Positions 62,343 through 64,000 of a stretch of 64,000 nucleotides of DNA are shown here, one piece after another. Below the pieces are notes generated by a model, which was given only the letters and a program-made list of their open reading frames with translations, was not told the origin of the DNA and made no database searches. Every line of letters starts with the position of its first letter. The stretch's first letter is position 1. This DNA is from Octopus sinensis (lineage: Eukaryota). The stretch spans positions 44,020,001 to 44,084,000 of the forward strand of contig NC_043010.1 in assembly GCF_006345805.1 (NCBI RefSeq), given 5' to 3'. The position numbers were made by a program, and so were the translations under genes.

Positions 62343-62739
62343 GTCTAAAGTAAGAAGTAAAATGAATATGTATATCTGTAAACACTTGGAAAAGAATACT
62401 ATGCATCCTGTTAAGTTTGAAACCCTAAAAAATTTGCTTAAATAAGAGCAGAAAATATGAACATTTAAATTCAGAAATGGAAAATATTGTCATCTGGTAG
62501 TCTATCTCCTATAGTAATGTACTTCATGGCCCAGCAATTACATTATTTGGGAAGAGTGCATGAATGAAGATGAATAAAAATAGAAGCCCCACTGTTATTT
62601 TTATGCCTCTTCTAAGATCTTAGCATGTGAAATTTGTTGTTTGCTTAATCCCAGATCAGCTGTACTCAAGCAAAACTTATGCTCAAAGACATTCTAGCAA
62701 TAATAGTCTTATCTTTTTAGTTTGGTAAGTTGTGGATGG

Positions 62740-63460
62740 CTGTATTTGTTGTTGGTTGTTACCAATGGCAGGCAGCTCTGTTGGTTAGCAAGAGAGAAAT
62801 AGTCTCATTATAGTCAGTGTAGAATTGTCTAACCTGCATTTTCAAATGGGCCAGATAGAGCTAAGGTAATTTTTTTCCAGTGTATTAATGACCAATGTTT
62901 TGAAGTTAATTAATGGGACATTTTTCATTTTTTTTATGGCAACAAAATGATAGGTTTTTGGTTGATACTGCAAACAGTTACAATATACGTAGCTTATCAA
63001 GGAGGCTGGGGTGACAGTTATAAACTCCAGGTGCATAAGAATCTCTGTCAAGAATTCTCTCTATTATTTTGTGAAAGTCATTTCCTTGGTCTTAGCGTCT
63101 CTAGTGGAACTGGGAGACGGAGTGCAGGTGCTGAATAAATTTTCCCATGAATCCAATGGTTGCTAGGGCCATTTAGTTTCTCAGGATACCATTGTATGGT
63201 GTGAGGGTATTTTTGTATGTTAGCAACAGCCTTTGAAAGACAAGATCCCTTCAGGGATAGTTGGTGGTATTTCAGCATGGGACGCAGCATAGATTTGTAT
63301 GAGTGCATGTTTTTCTCTGGTGTAGCTTACAATGCTGGAAACAATGTTGTCTAGGCAAATGAAAAAGTTTATGGTATTTATAGGTGTATGAGACATACTC
63401 TCTAAATAGGGACAATAAGCATTAGAAATTTAGGTATATTGAAAGGTTGATAGTCACAAA
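62740..63460 (-). mobile_element. Highly degenerate Penelope-like RT C-terminus/GIY-YIG fragment
   Basis: Traces such as YLNF, REKH..KSML and LISYVYC..C on the minus strand; many indels. Confidence 0.35.
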
Positions 63461-64000
63461 TTTCTTACAACATAGAATATTCAATTGAATGTACTACATG
63501 GCTAGTACCTTATTGCATTTTTTCAAACACTCCACCTAACACACATAAGGGATGACAGCAGGATTTGAATCCAGTGTATTTCATTTATTAGCCAGCTTAA
63601 CTGTTCTTGCCACTCCACTGACATGTATGTACTAGTATGTATTGGCACACATACTTCCTCATTACAACAAATAAAAACAAATATGTTTTGAAATTAAGCA
63701 TTCATTGAAATGCAAAGTTTATTTTCATATTTTCAACTCTCCTGTTTCCACTGTTAAAGAGATTTAGAAATCAACTATAATGTCTATAGTGATTTTAGTA
63801 TATCTTAACCTTTTAAAGATGAATATCTGTTTATTTGTCAGATTAGGTCATTGATTGTTTCTTTTTTATCATATCTTTTTTTGTTTCTTGATGTGTTTAT
63901 TGATATTTTACAAACTCTGTACCAGTTTTTCTGCTGTGCACTAATTCTTTTTCTGTTGATTTTTCTGTTTATACTTTTTTTGTTTGTTGAGTTCTATTTG

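Noticed and set aside
62845-62870. GPDRA codons resembling the start of the TMEM230 last exon
   Set aside because: No acceptor and no following TM2 or DIPD motif; it lies in a decayed retroelement.

Overview
Eukaryotic, AT-rich, repeat-dense genomic DNA. The SINE families and intron style suggest an octopus/coleoid cephalopod (inference). Two host genes sit head-to-head. A complete 9-exon COX15 (heme A synthase) lies on the minus strand: CDS 28040->10994, 1305 nt, 434 aa, all introns GT-AG and phase-consistent. The 5' part of TMEM230 lies on the plus strand: coding exons 39959-40042 and 57879-58001, last exon not found in the window. Most other sequence is transposon-derived: a Tc1/mariner relic, a 1.3-kb internally deleted LTR element (5-bp TSD, gag fused to integrase C-terminus), a probable solo LTR, two inverted non-autonomous Helitrons, MITEs with MULE-, hAT-, piggyBac- and Tc1-type ends, Penelope-like, RTE and R4/Dong-like fragments, many SINEs, and a 1.9-kb nested tandem array. 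The most unusual items are a decayed PHD-finger + vertnin-type OTU gene largely hidden from the ORF track, a Penelope GIY-YIG motif split by a ~135-codon insert, two minimal hammerhead-ribozyme relics, and long hairpins in COX15 introns. No tRNA, rRNA or CRISPR was found. All calls were made by eye; no database searches were run, and I found no clear evidence of an intact novel system.
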